From the human T2T-CHM13v2.0 reference genome, Homo sapiens, in assembly GCF_009914755.1 (NCBI RefSeq), contig NC_060947.1: a DNA stretch of 64,000 nucleotides. The stretch is one strand, 5' to 3'. Below the pieces are notes generated by a model. It saw only the letters and a program-made list of their open reading frames with translations, was not told where the DNA came from and did not search any database. The position numbers and the translations under genes were made by a program. Positions 39,953 to 52,650 of the stretch are shown here, piece by piece; position 1 is the first letter of the stretch, and every line of letters starts with the position of its first letter.

Positions 39953-42900
39953 AGAGCTTATACTCCCCATGAGGAAAATTGGCATGTTCTTTTGATAAAA
40001 GAGTGTTTGGCTTTGACAATATGCACCATCAAAAATATTGGGAATATACATGAGAACGTATTATAAGGACAGACCATGGAGGAAGGAATATAAAAATTGA
40101 TTAAGCCAAGTTAAATAATGTGCATGCATTCATTTAGATTTTAAGATGAAATATGTTGGTATGAGCACCAAAGAATGGTGATAACTCTCTGCGAGATTGG
40201 TTAAATTGAAACTTGTATATAGCAGTGGTTTATAGTTAGTGAAATGCCAAAACTTCCCTGTTACATTATATGGAAAGGATTCTGAAGACAGTGAGATGCA
40301 ACTGTTGAAATGGACATATTGTGTTCAACTTTTTATCATATCCCTCTCCACAACATTGAGAACAATGAGTACTAAACTGGTCAAGCCTAGGCACAAGGTG
40401 AAAGCAATTGACATATTAAATGAAACAAAGGGTCAAAGCAACGTATTTTGTCTTTTAAGAGTTTATGATAATGGCTAACTAATCAGGACATTGTTAGGCA
40501 TAAATTAAGCGATCTATTAAGTTGCTGTTTGGCACATTTAGACAGAAAACTTTGAAGTCTATTGTACAGAAACCTAACTTGAGTGACCACAGTGGGGTTT
40601 GCAGCCTTGTACTCAGTTTCCATGCCCAAGAATGTCCACAGAATTGGAGACCCTTGCTTGAGGGAGGTTGGATGCCTTTTATGAATAACCCAGAAATGGA
40701 GCCACAGTTGCATACATTTAGTATTCCCCCAATCTTTGTCCAGAGGAATCCAAATCCATTTATCTGGATGACTGGATGAAGAAGAAATGTCCATTTTTGA
40801 AGCTATTAGACATTAGCCCTGAGCTGGTACTGAATCTTGGACACCTGGAATTCCACCATAGTTTATAAATCAGAGTGTGGGGCTATCAACATCAGAAGAT
40901 AAAATAAGTCATAGCCCAAGTCTATCTCCCTGAGGCGGAATTTAGACTGCAGATTAATGTTATATTTTATTCCCAATTTCCAAAATGTGTAGTGGGAAAA
41001 TACATATTCAGCAACTGGAAGAATCCCCATACTGGTTTCATGATCCATGAGTTAGGGCTATTGCAAGAGTCACTACAACTCTCCTTACTCCCTGCCAAGA
41101 CTGTAAACCAAAAGAGAAAGGAATTGCAGAAGTTATTACTATCATCAGATGCCTCCACAATCCAAAAAGTGTTATTTTTTCTATATTGCCATTTAATTTA
41201 ATTTGGCTAGGGGCAAAGGCCAGATGTGTTTTGGAAAATGACTATGGATTATTGCAATCGTAATTAGAGCATAAAGCAAATTCCAGCTTTAGTTCTGAAT
41301 GTGGTGTCTTTATTAAAGCAAGTAAACACTGCTCTTGGCAGTTAATATGTAGCTATTTACATAACACATAACTTCTTCCTCTTCCATTTCTGTCAGCAAA
41401 AAAAAAAAAAGAAGAAGAAGTAGTCTGCCTTACCTTCCTATATTAGGGAGACATAATTTTGTCTTCTCTCTTACAATTTGGCCAAAAGTAACACGAATTA
41501 TGTTTGTATCCCCAACAAAACATCATACTGTTCTATTGTATTTATGACATTATGCTAAGTAGAATTGATGAGCAGAAAGAAACAAGCATTATTAGTGCCT
41601 TAGTAAGATACATGCATATTTAGAAGTCCTGTCATAAGTTTGATGTTTTCCAGGAGTCCAGTGGTCTGGGCCTGTCAGTATATTCTTTCTAAGGTGAGAA
41701 ACATTCATTGTCTCTTGTGCTGTCTGTCGTGAAAAAAGAGATAAAATGCTTGGTAGAACTTCTGGGATGTTGGAGGCAACACATACCACACTTAGGTTTG
41801 CTGCTCCAACTCATTTACCAGGTAACCCATAAGGCTGTAAGTCTTGGGTTTGGTCTAGAGGAAGAAAACACTTACAGTAGATCTAGGCACCAGTGCAAGT
41901 TGCTCTGCCATTTGTGCCTTATAAACCATCAGACACAATAGCATTGGAAGTTTCTACAAAAGACAAAAATGCTCTAGGATAATTATAGCACCAACTCTTA
42001 AGCTTACGTAGTAAAGTCATGCTCTCTTCTTATGATAACTATTTCCAAATTGAAATACTATTCCCATCTTTCTAACAGGCCCAGTAGAGACTAAATTCCT
42101 TGACCATGGGACACAAACTGACATGCAACCTAAACTGCATGGCATAAAATTAGTGATAACATGTATTGGATCCTTAAAACATAACATGAGGAATGATATC
42201 CTAAAAAGATTCAAATATTATTTCAGTTGAGAGACAGCAACCTGTAAGATTGAGGTGCTACCCTTCAGGCTAAACTTTAAAGCAGCAGTCAATTTTGTCC
42301 TTTCCCCCATAAAGAGAGGTGAGAGTGTCCCTTTTATATTATTATTATTATTATTATATAATAATATTATATCTATCTAACAATGCTCTGAAGAAACTTT
42401 TGCTTCCTGTTCCCTGAATCTTGATTTTAGTGCCTTATGCGGCTCGGATTTGTGTCCTTGACCAAATCTCACGTCTAATTGGTGGAGGGGCCTGTTGGGA
42501 AGTGATTGGATCATGGGAGCGGATTTCCCCCTGCTGTTCTCATGATAGAGAGTGAGTTCTCATGAGATCTGATGGTTTAAAAGTGTGTGGCACTTCCCCG
42601 CTCACTCTGACTCTCTTCTGCTCTGCCATAGTAAGATATGTTATCTTCCACTTCACTTTTCAAAATGAGGCCTCACAGCCATGCATCCTGTTAAGCCTGT
42701 GGAACTGTTAGTCCATTAAAACTCTTTTCTTCATAAATTACCCAGTCTCAGGTACTTCTTTATAGCAGTATGAAAATGAACCAATACAGAAAATTGGTAC
42801 CAGAAGAGTGGGGGCATTGCTACAAAGATACCTAAATATGTGGAGGCAACTTTGGAACTGGGTAATGGTCAGAAGTTGGAACAGTTTGGTGGGCTCAGAA

Positions 42901-45510
42901 GATAGGAAGATGTGGGAAAGTTTGGAACTTCCTAGAGACTTCTTGAATGGTTGTTACCAAAATGCTGATAGCGATATTGACAATGAAGTCCAGGCTGAGG
43001 CAGTCTCAGAAAGAGATGAGGAACTTATTGGGAACTGGAATAAAGGTCACTCTTGCTATACTTTAGCAAAGAGACTGGCAGCATTTTGCCTCTGCCCTAG
43101 AGATCTGTAGAACTTTGAATTTGAGAGAGATGATTTAGGATGTCAGACAGAATAAATTTCTAAGCAGCAAAGCATCCAAAATATGACCTGGCTGTTTCTA
43201 AAAGTGTACACTTATATGCTTGAAGAAAGAGATGGTCTGAAATTGGAACTTATGTTTAAAAGGTAAGCAGAGCATAAGAATTTGGAAAATTTGCAGCCTG
43301 ACTATGTGATAAAAAAGAAAAACCCATTTTCTGGGGAGAAATTCAAGCTGGCTGCAGAAATTTGCATAAGTAAAGAGGAGCTGAATATTAATAGCCAAGA
43401 CAATGAGGAAAATGTCTCCAGGGCATGTCAGAGACCTTGATGGCAGTCCCTCCCATCACAGTCTCAGAGACCTAGCAGGGAAAATGGCTTCATGGACTGG
43501 GCCCAGGGACCCTTGCTCTGTGCAGCCTCAGACATGGTGCTCTGCATTCCAGCTGCTCCAGCTCCAGCTGTGGCTAGAAGTGGCCAAGGTACAGCTCAGG
43601 TCTTTACTTCAGAGGGTGCAAGCTACAAGCCTTAGTGGCTTCCATGTAGTGTTGAGCCTGCAGGTGTGCAGAAGACAAGAGTTGTGCATTGGAAATCTTT
43701 GCCTAGATTTCAGAGGATGTATGGAAATGCCTGGATGTCCAGGCAGAAGTCTGCTGCAGGGGCGGAGCACTCATGGAGAACCTCTACTAGGGCATTGCAG
43801 AGGAGAAATATGGGGCTGGATGCCCCACACAGAGTACCCCCTGCAGCACTGCCTAGTGGGACTGTGAGAAGAGGGCCACTGTCCTACAGACTCCAGAATG
43901 GTAGATTCACCAACAGCTTGCAACGTGAGCCTGGAAAAGTCACAGGCACTCAATGCCATCCCATGAAAACTGCCATGGGGGCTGCACCCTGAAGAGCCAC
44001 AGGGGTGGAGATGCTCATGTCATAGGGAGCCTAACCCTTGCTTCAGCATGTCCTATATGTGAGACATGGAGTCAAAGGAGATTATTTTGGAGTTTTAAGA
44101 CTTAATCACTGCCCTGCTGGGTTTCAGAATTGCATGGGACCTGTAACCCCTTTGTTTTGGCCAATTTCTCCCTTTTAGAATGGGAGCATTTACACAATGA
44201 ATGTATCCCCATTGTATCTTGGAAGTAACTAACTTGCTTTGAATTTTACAGGCTCATAGGTGGAAAGCACTTGCCTTGTCTCAGATAAGACTTTGGACTT
44301 AGACTTTTGAGTTAATACTGGAATTAGTTAAGACTTTGGGGGATTGTTGGGAAAGCATGATTGGTTTTGAAAGGTGCAAAGGATATGAGATTTGCGAGGG
44401 GCCAGGAGTGGAATGCTATGGTTTGGATTTGTTTCCCTGACCAAATCTCATGTCTAATTGGAGGAGGGGCCTGGTGGGAGGTGATTGGATTATGGGGGCA
44501 GATAATCCCCTTGTTGTTTTCATGATGGTGAATGTGTTCTCTTGAGATCTGATGGTTTAAAGGTGTGTGGCACTTCCTCTCTCTCTCTCTCTCTCTCTCT
44601 CTTCCCCACTCTCCTGCTCTGCCATGGTAAGATGTGCTAGCTTCCTCTTTGCCTTCTGCTATGATTGTAAGCTTCTTGAGGCCTCCAAGCCATGCTTTCT
44701 GTTAAGCCTGCAGAACTGTGAGCCAATTAAGCCTATTTTCTTTATAAATTACCCAGTATCAGGTATTTCTTTATAGCAGTGCAATAACAGATTAATACAG
44801 TGGGTGTGCAAGTCCTACTGCTCAGGGGTGGAGTACTTCCACCAGAAAATGGAGTCATGGTTCCATTAAATTGGATCCTGAGACTGATTCTTAGCCATCT
44901 GTGGCTCTCCACAAACCAACAGGCAGAGAAATAATTGCTGTACTTGCTGAGGTGATTAATTATAATTATCAAGGGAAAATTGTGCTGCTACTAAACAGTG
45001 GAACCAAGGAAAACTATTACTGGAACTCAAAAGATTCACTCAGGTGCCTTGTCTCCTTCCTGGCCGAATGGCCATTTTCAATGAAAAACTGCTACAAATA
45101 CAAGATTGCCAACAACTCAAACCCTGCAGTGAAAAATATCTGAATTATTCCACTAGGTAAAACAAAACCCATCCAGCCAAGATGCTGCAGATGGCATAGG
45201 AAGATAAGGAACGGGTTGTGTAAGAAGAAGATTATGATGACCAACTTCTGACCCCTTAACAGCTAGAAATCAAGAACTGAAGCAGCCATGCTTTACTTGA
45301 CTTCTTTTTCCCTCTTCCCACTCAAATTGCCTTATATAAAGAGTAATGGTGGTGGCTAACATTTTAGTTTTAGGTAGAAATGTAGAATTGACAATATCTT
45401 GAAATTGGATGGTAGCTAATGAGAATTTATGTGTTCTCTATGCTGGGGACATGAATACTTTATCTGGATAAACAAAAAGAGTGGATGCTGTGGAGAAAAG
45501 TAAAGTGGGC
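39953..45510 (+). mobile_element. Decayed ERV-L internal region (gag/pol/dUTPase remnants), split by the MSTA element
   Basis: tggaaaatgactatggattat (WRMTVDY-like, about 41232); tgtatttatgacattatgcta (YIDDIML-like, about 41538); VLAEVINYNYQGKIVLLL (dUTPase motif 3-like, ORF 44901-45143); purine tract before LTR33. Confidence 0.72.
42435..44799 (+). mobile_element. Complete MaLR element: MSTA LTR (42435-42788), MST-int (42789-44413), MSTA LTR (44414-44799)
   Basis: Two direct LTRs; internal region starts gaaaattggtacc; PPT ggggccaggagtggaa; MaLR-int peptides (42808-43110, 43666-43992). Confidence 0.92.
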
Positions 45511-45928
45511 TATGCTGGATACTCTCAGTCAGGTTCTCCGGAGCCACTCTTCATTCATCTTTTCTGCTTGTATCAAGGGGGCTGTCCTTTGTGGATTGCA
45601 TCAAGGCACTCCTATTCTTCTGGCTTCTAGTTGAGTTTGGTCAATGGGAGACACCAACAGGAGATTAAAGGACAAAGTGGTTGTGTCCCTCTACCAAAGA
45701 CTGCAGCTCCTGTCAGGGAAAGTCTTCACCTATAGCTAGTTTTCCCCCTTGCCTCTTCAAGGGTAGAGGTCATGAGGCCTCACCAGTGTTGTTAAACCTA
45801 GTGAGCTTCATTGGGACTTATTATTTATTAACTCATTTTACACTTTATACTTTGTCACTTTATTAACCTCTCTTCATTGTTCTGTTTGAGGGTGACATCT
45901 GTTTACTGCTGAAACTCTGAATGGCACA
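45511..45928 (+). mobile_element. LTR33-like ERV-L 3' LTR
   Basis: ctggcttctagttgagtttggtcaatgggag...catctgttt.ctgc...ca; follows a purine tract. Confidence 0.72.
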
Positions 45929-45959
45929 TCAAACATCAATTTCCCACTGTTTAACCCAA

Positions 45960-46850
45960 GTAAATTTTGAGATCTGCAGGAGCAAGTCATATTATTTTTC
46001 ATCCAAGGATGTAAGCCAGACACCTGGGACTCATCAATGACAAAACTCCTTGATATACTTCTTCTTAAATATGCAATTTATAATTATTTTCCATCACTTT
46101 TATGCCAAAAATATATCTTTATTTCCTCTACTTCTTTATTTTATCATTGACACTTTCCTTGTCCAATCCATTATCATTTTTTGCTTAGACTACTGGAATG
46201 GCCTAATTGGTCTTACTGTTTTCCCTTTTGTCTCCCTGTAATATATTTTTTCTCATTGCAGTCAAAGTAATCTTTTAAAAATACCAATCGGCTCTCATTC
46301 ATGACCCTACTTAAAACCCTTCAAATGTCTCTTATTACTTTAAGTACAAAGACAAAAGTTTTTTGTTTGTGTGTTTTTACATAGCCTATAGTGTCCTACA
46401 TGATCTGGACTCTCCCTAATTTTCCAACTTATTTTCATATAATTCTCTTTACTCAATGTGCTCAGGCCCTTTTTATTTCACTTTCTCCAACAACCACATT
46501 CCTTCCTGCCTCAGGGACTTAGCTTCCAATGACTTCTGCCTGAAATTTACCTGATTTATACTACTCATACTTCAGCTTTCTGCTCAAATTTCACAGTAAG
46601 TTGAGACTTAATTATTAGTCCAGGATTCTCACCCCTGCCATTATAAACTCTCATAGGCTTCTATAATTCTTCTTTATAATAAAGTAGCTGAATTATTTGA
46701 AAAAGCCTTTTACTCCCCAGGAGACTATATGCTTAATAGGGGCAGGGTCTATGTCTGTTTTGCTCAGAACTCTATCCATTCCCATTCCTGACAAACAATA
46801 AATGAGAGAATGAATAATCATGTGAGGGTGAGTGAATGGATAGAATAGAA
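45960..46850 (+). mobile_element. L2 3' portion (more L2 remnants near 37990-38270 and 38990-39140)
   Basis: ttagactactggaatggcct, cttaaaacccttcaa, ggcagggtctatgtctgttttgctca, aataaatg..gaatgaat tail. Confidence 0.7.
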
Positions 46851-46915
46851 ACGTGGCACAAGTTATGATACCTAAAACTATGATTCACACAATTCTTAGA
46901 TCTATGACTGCCCAC

Positions 46916-47206
46916 TTTTCTTTTTTTTTTTGAGTTTTCTTTTTTTTTAATTATTATTATACTTTTAAGTTTTAGGGTACATGTGCACAATGTGCAGGTT
47001 AGTTACATATGTATACATGTGCCATGCTGGTGTGCTGCACCCATTAACTCGTCATTTAGCATTAGGTATATCTCCTAAACCTATCCCTCCCCCCTCCCCC
47101 CACCCCCCAGCAGTCCCCAGAGTGTGATGTTCCCCTTCCTGTGTCCATGTGTTCTCATTGTTCAATTCCCACCTATGAGTGAGAATATGCGTTGTTTGGT
47201 TTTTTG
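46916..47206 (-). mobile_element. Young L1PA2-4-like 3' end, about 290 bp
   Basis: Close to the L1PA3 3' terminus (tagggtacatgtgcacaatgtgcaggttagttacatatg; poly-G tract); no TSD found. Confidence 0.9.
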
Positions 47207-49080
47207 ACAGATTTGGGGCTCTGAGTTTCTGGAAAAACAATCAGAGAGCTAGTCTCTGTCAGATATCCATTACTCATGGATGCCAGCATCAGGTTATCAT
47301 TCAGTTATACTTTTAGCATTTTTAAAGGTTTTTCTCTTTTAAGAAATATTCATTAGTAGTAAAAATTTAGGAGATGCTGCATTTGGAGGGCTGTTACCCT
47401 TATGCTATTTTATACGATGGCCACTAGGACTTTTTTGTTTGTTTGTTTTCATTTAGCCAGATTTGGGGGCAAAATTGGATATACAATGTATCTCGTTGCA
47501 TGGAGCTTCTGTTAGGATACTGTTCTTTTACACACTAGAATCTCTTTCTTGGCATCATAATTTTCTATCTTGTGTGAAAGTTACCTTTAAAACTATTGTG
47601 AATTTGGCTGTGGTTTAATAGTTGTTCATGTAAGACATCCTGTCTCCAATTACTCTTTTTTCATTTTTTTCTTTAGTGATTCTAACTTATTTATGCTTCC
47701 AGATGAAACTTCAAATAATTTTGCCAAGTTCCAAAACCAATTATTTTGGGATTTTAATTGAAATTGCTTAAAACAAGAAATTTAATTGTGGAAGAATTTG
47801 TCTATTTGTAATGTTCTTCCTCTCTTCTCTATTTACTTAACTTTTATTTTATATCTCTTAATTAAGTTTCATGGCTTTCTTTATAATAATTCCATAAATT
47901 TCTTGTTGGTGCTACTTGATGTCCCTGTTGCTATTGTGAGAATATTTTTTACCTGGTGGTATTTCCCTTTAATTGGTTGTTTGTGGTATAAAGGAAAGTA
48001 ATTGGCTTTTGTTTCTATCATACTGAATCTTCTCATTAATTTTTAAAGTTTTGATTATTCCACTAATATCTTATATGTAAAAATCTATCTAGTAATAAAC
48101 ATAATTTTAACCCTCCTTTAAAAGTTATATTTTTATTTGTTTTACATATTATTGCATTGGCCAGAATGTCTGGAACAACACTGAATAGCTTCAATAGCCA
48201 ACATCCTTTCCTGTGTTGTACCATTAGTTGTGATGTTATTTAAGATAAATTTGGAAATAGTGTATTTCCTTTTTCCTAAATTTCTATGCATATTTTAAGA
48301 CAAGCAATGGGTGTTAAATTTTATCAGACTCTTTTTACATATTCTTCTTTATGAAGAGCCAGTTCTTGAATTTATCAATTACTGTTATTATCTTCTAAAT
48401 ACTGCATTTTGCTTTCTGTATGCTTTATTGTTTGTGCCATCGCTTTATTTCTAAGTTCTTAAAGTTAAATGTTTAATTTATTTCATTAAAAAATAATGGT
48501 AGTATTTAAGGGTATGGATTCGACTAAGTAGTTTTGGCTACTGAAATTGACCAATAGTTGGTATCCCAGCAGGTAATAAGGGATATCAGGAGCGATTTTT
48601 CACCTAATACAAGGGAAATAGTTTATAGTACTCATGTCCCCTTGGTATGAAGTTTAGACTCTTAGATACATGAGTAATGATCACAGCATTTGAAGTTCTT
48701 AAAAGCTATCAACATCTTAACCAAGGTTAGTCCTTAGTGATCCATTATAGCTGTGTATAGTTGTTTAATTTGATGAGAAAGAAAACACTTCAAAAGATTT
48801 TAAAGTGCTATGCGCCTGAAGCCTCTAAATAAATAGTTGAATTTACATGATAAGCCAATTATGGGATGTTTATAAAAGAGTAATTAATATACTGTCAAAA
48901 GGGAGTGAAATATGAAACTATAACATATAAATATGTGTAGGTGGGAATGGGGGCAAAGTTGGGCTCATAATTTTAGATCTGTTACAGGTACACCAAAAGC
49001 TAAATAAGTAATATTAATTATTCACATTGACTATATCTCAAGTGATGAAATAAAAGAAACAGTGGTTGTATAGAGTAAAA

Positions 49081-49086
49081 TTTATT
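49081..49086 (-). terminator. ITM2A: ITM2A distal polyadenylation signal AATAAA
   Basis: tttatt on plus strand, followed on minus by ttttactctataca and a T-rich element (ctgtttcttttattt). Confidence 0.85.
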
Positions 49087-49472
49087 ATAGGGTTGTAGAA
49101 TTCATACAACCTAAACTCCTTACAGCATTCAGCACCTACACAATTTTGTGCATTCCACAATACAGATAGTAGTGAGAAAGAATCACTGCATTAGTTAAAA
49201 ATGACTGTCTCATGAAAATTGTTCACATATAAGTCAGGTTAATTACAGAGCACCTAACAGAACTGCAAAGATGTAATTTCTAAATTCAAGAAAGTTGTAC
49301 AAAATGAAAAACAAAAGAAACCAACAATGTTGAGATCTGATATATTTTACACAAAAAGTTCAAAAACAATTTAAAATATTTCAAATTTTAAAATTGCTGC
49401 ACCATAAGATGAATAAAGAGCTTACTTAAAGGAAAAGAAAAAACAAACAAACAAAAAAAACAACGGATGGAA

Positions 49473-49478
49473 TTTATT
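49473..49478 (-). terminator. ITM2A: ITM2A proximal polyadenylation signal AATAAA
   Basis: AATAAA followed on minus by ttccatccgttg and a long GT/T-rich tract. Confidence 0.7.
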
Positions 49479-49771
49479 GTCAGGATGTTAGGTGATATAT
49501 TCATGCTGCTTTCAGAAATCTAAACCCTATAAATTCAAAGAAAAAATGAAACTCAGGTAATTTCAGTTTCAAAAAACAAGCAATGCCAATTAAACTAAAA
49601 TTTGACAAGAGCTTGCAGTGGTTAGTAGTTTTTTTTTTTTCCTTTTTTTAAAGCATAAGCAATAGAGTAAATGCATGAGTAAATATCTTGAGTATCCCAT
49701 AAACCTTAATGTTAAAGTCATATTGTAAATCTCTGACTTCTTATTACCAAGGACACTCTATCTGTTGCCTC

Positions 49772-49999
<228 letters not shown>

Positions 50000-50006
50000 T
50001 TAGTTA

Positions 50007-50162
<156 letters not shown>

Positions 50163-50200
50163 CTAAAAATCAAAAGCAAAGATTGAAATGAGAAATTCTT

Positions 50201-51039
50201 TTTCCTTTTTAACTTTGAAGTTCAGGAGTAAAAGTGCAGGTTTGTTACTTAAGTAAAGTTGTGTCATGGGGTTTGTTGTAGAGATTATTTAATCACCCAG
50301 GTATTAAGCCTAGTACCTACTGGTTATTTTTCCTGATCCTGTCCCTTCCCCCATCTTCCACCCTCTGAAAGGCCCCAGTGTGTGTTATTCCCCTCTATGT
50401 GACCATGTGTTCTTTGCATTTGGCTCTCACTTAAGTGAGAACATACGGTATTTGGTTTTCTGTTGCTGTGTTAGTTTGTAAGGATAATGGCCTCCAGCTT
50501 TATCCATGTCTCTGCAAAGGACATGATCTTGTTTTTTTTTGTGATTTTTTTTTTTTTGGCTGCATACTATACCATGGTGTGTATGTATCGCATTTTCTTT
50601 ATCCACTCTATCATTGATGGACATTTAGGCTGATACCATGTCTTTGCTATTATAAATATTGCTGCAATGAACATACTTGTGCATGTGTCTTTATAATAAA
50701 ATGATTTATATTTCTTTGGGCATACACCCAGTAATGCGATTGCTGGGTCTAATAGTATTTCTGTCTAGGTCTGAGAAATCACCACAGCATCTTCCATAAT
50801 GGCTGAACTAATTTACACCAACACCAATGGTGTATAAGCATTCCTTTTTCTCCACAACCTCACCAGCATCTGTTATTTTTTGACTTTTTAGTAATAGCCA
50901 CTCTGACTGGTGTGAGATGGTATCTCATTGTGATTTTGATTTGCATTTATCTAATGTTCAGTGATGCTCAGCTTTTGTTCATGTTTGTGGCCCGCATGTA
51001 TGTCTTCTTTTGGAAAATGTCCGTTCATGTCATTTGCCC
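50201..51039 (-). mobile_element. L1PA11-13-like 3' end in ITM2A intron 4, same orientation as the gene
   Basis: TSD aaattctt at 50193-50200 and 51040-51047; L1 3'UTR and ORF2 C-terminal text. Confidence 0.9.
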
Positions 51040-51188
51040 AAATTCTTAAGGACACTATTTAAATCCTTTCCTACACCAGATAATGACTGTAAAAAATAAT
51101 CTTTATTTTCTAGAGCAGTTTTAGGTTCACAACGTTTTTTATTTCAAAATTATTTCAATAAAATAAAATGTTTTGGACAAACTCATTA

Positions 51189-51374
<186 letters not shown>

Positions 51375-51603
51375 TTAGGTAGGGGAAAAAAGTCAGGTAA
51401 GACACAGAAGGCATTAACATTGCGAATTTTCCAACTACCATTAGATTAAGCGGCTACATCCTTTCAAAATCAACTAATGTGTATTCAACAACAAAAGAAT
51501 GAAAAGGCTTTGCCTCAAAAACATGTGCATTCATGAATGAATTTAATACCTGCCAATGAAGTAAAAAAGAGAGAGAGAGAGAAAAAAAATCCTGGAATAT
51601 TTA

Positions 51604-51819
<216 letters not shown>

Positions 51820-52057
51820 CTAAAAGACAAAAAGGGAAAATTACAACCTTCTAATAATCACTATCATGATATTTGAATGGCTTTTCACACTCATATCAAT
51901 TCATTGTACTATGTGTTAAGCCGAGGCTTGTTGACTACAGTTATCACAATGAAGACAAATCAATTTTATGAACTGAAAGGCAACTTGAAAACTTTCCCTA
52001 AATCTTCTTTTCTCTAGTCACCACTACAGAATTTTTTAAGTTGCTACTAAATGTCTA

Positions 52058-52234
<177 letters not shown>

Positions 52235-52509
52235 CTATTTATTAAAAAGCAAAACCAAAAACAAAACCAGATTGTACTTTTAGACACATAGTTGATTTTG
52301 TGTACAATTTACCTCCCTTGAAACCCAAGATATTTTTTTAAATGTTAACTCATTTTAATTGTAGTCTGAATTTATTTCAAGACAATTTCTGAATCTAATA
52401 GATGTTAAAAAATGTCTCTGATTATATTAACCTTCCATTTGGCATTTCTAAACCCAAATATCGATATGAAATTATTTCAAAATACATGCATCAAGAATCA
52501 AATTAAAAT

Positions 52510-52650
52510 TACCATTTATTTATGCAATGTCATATTCTTTTTTACTGTGCTAAGAACACTTAACACGACATTGACTCTTAACACATTTTTAAATGTATAA
52601 TATAGTATTAACAATAGGCACAATGCAGTAGAGCCGATCTCTAGAAATTA
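52510..52650 (-). mobile_element. L1MA8/9-like 3' fragment in intron 1
   Basis: aagaacacttaacac...tatagtattaacaataggcacaatg...gatctctagaa. Confidence 0.55.

Noticed and set aside
42808-43992. Several 100-150 aa ORFs
   Set aside because: Broken MST-int (MaLR) internal ORF remnants
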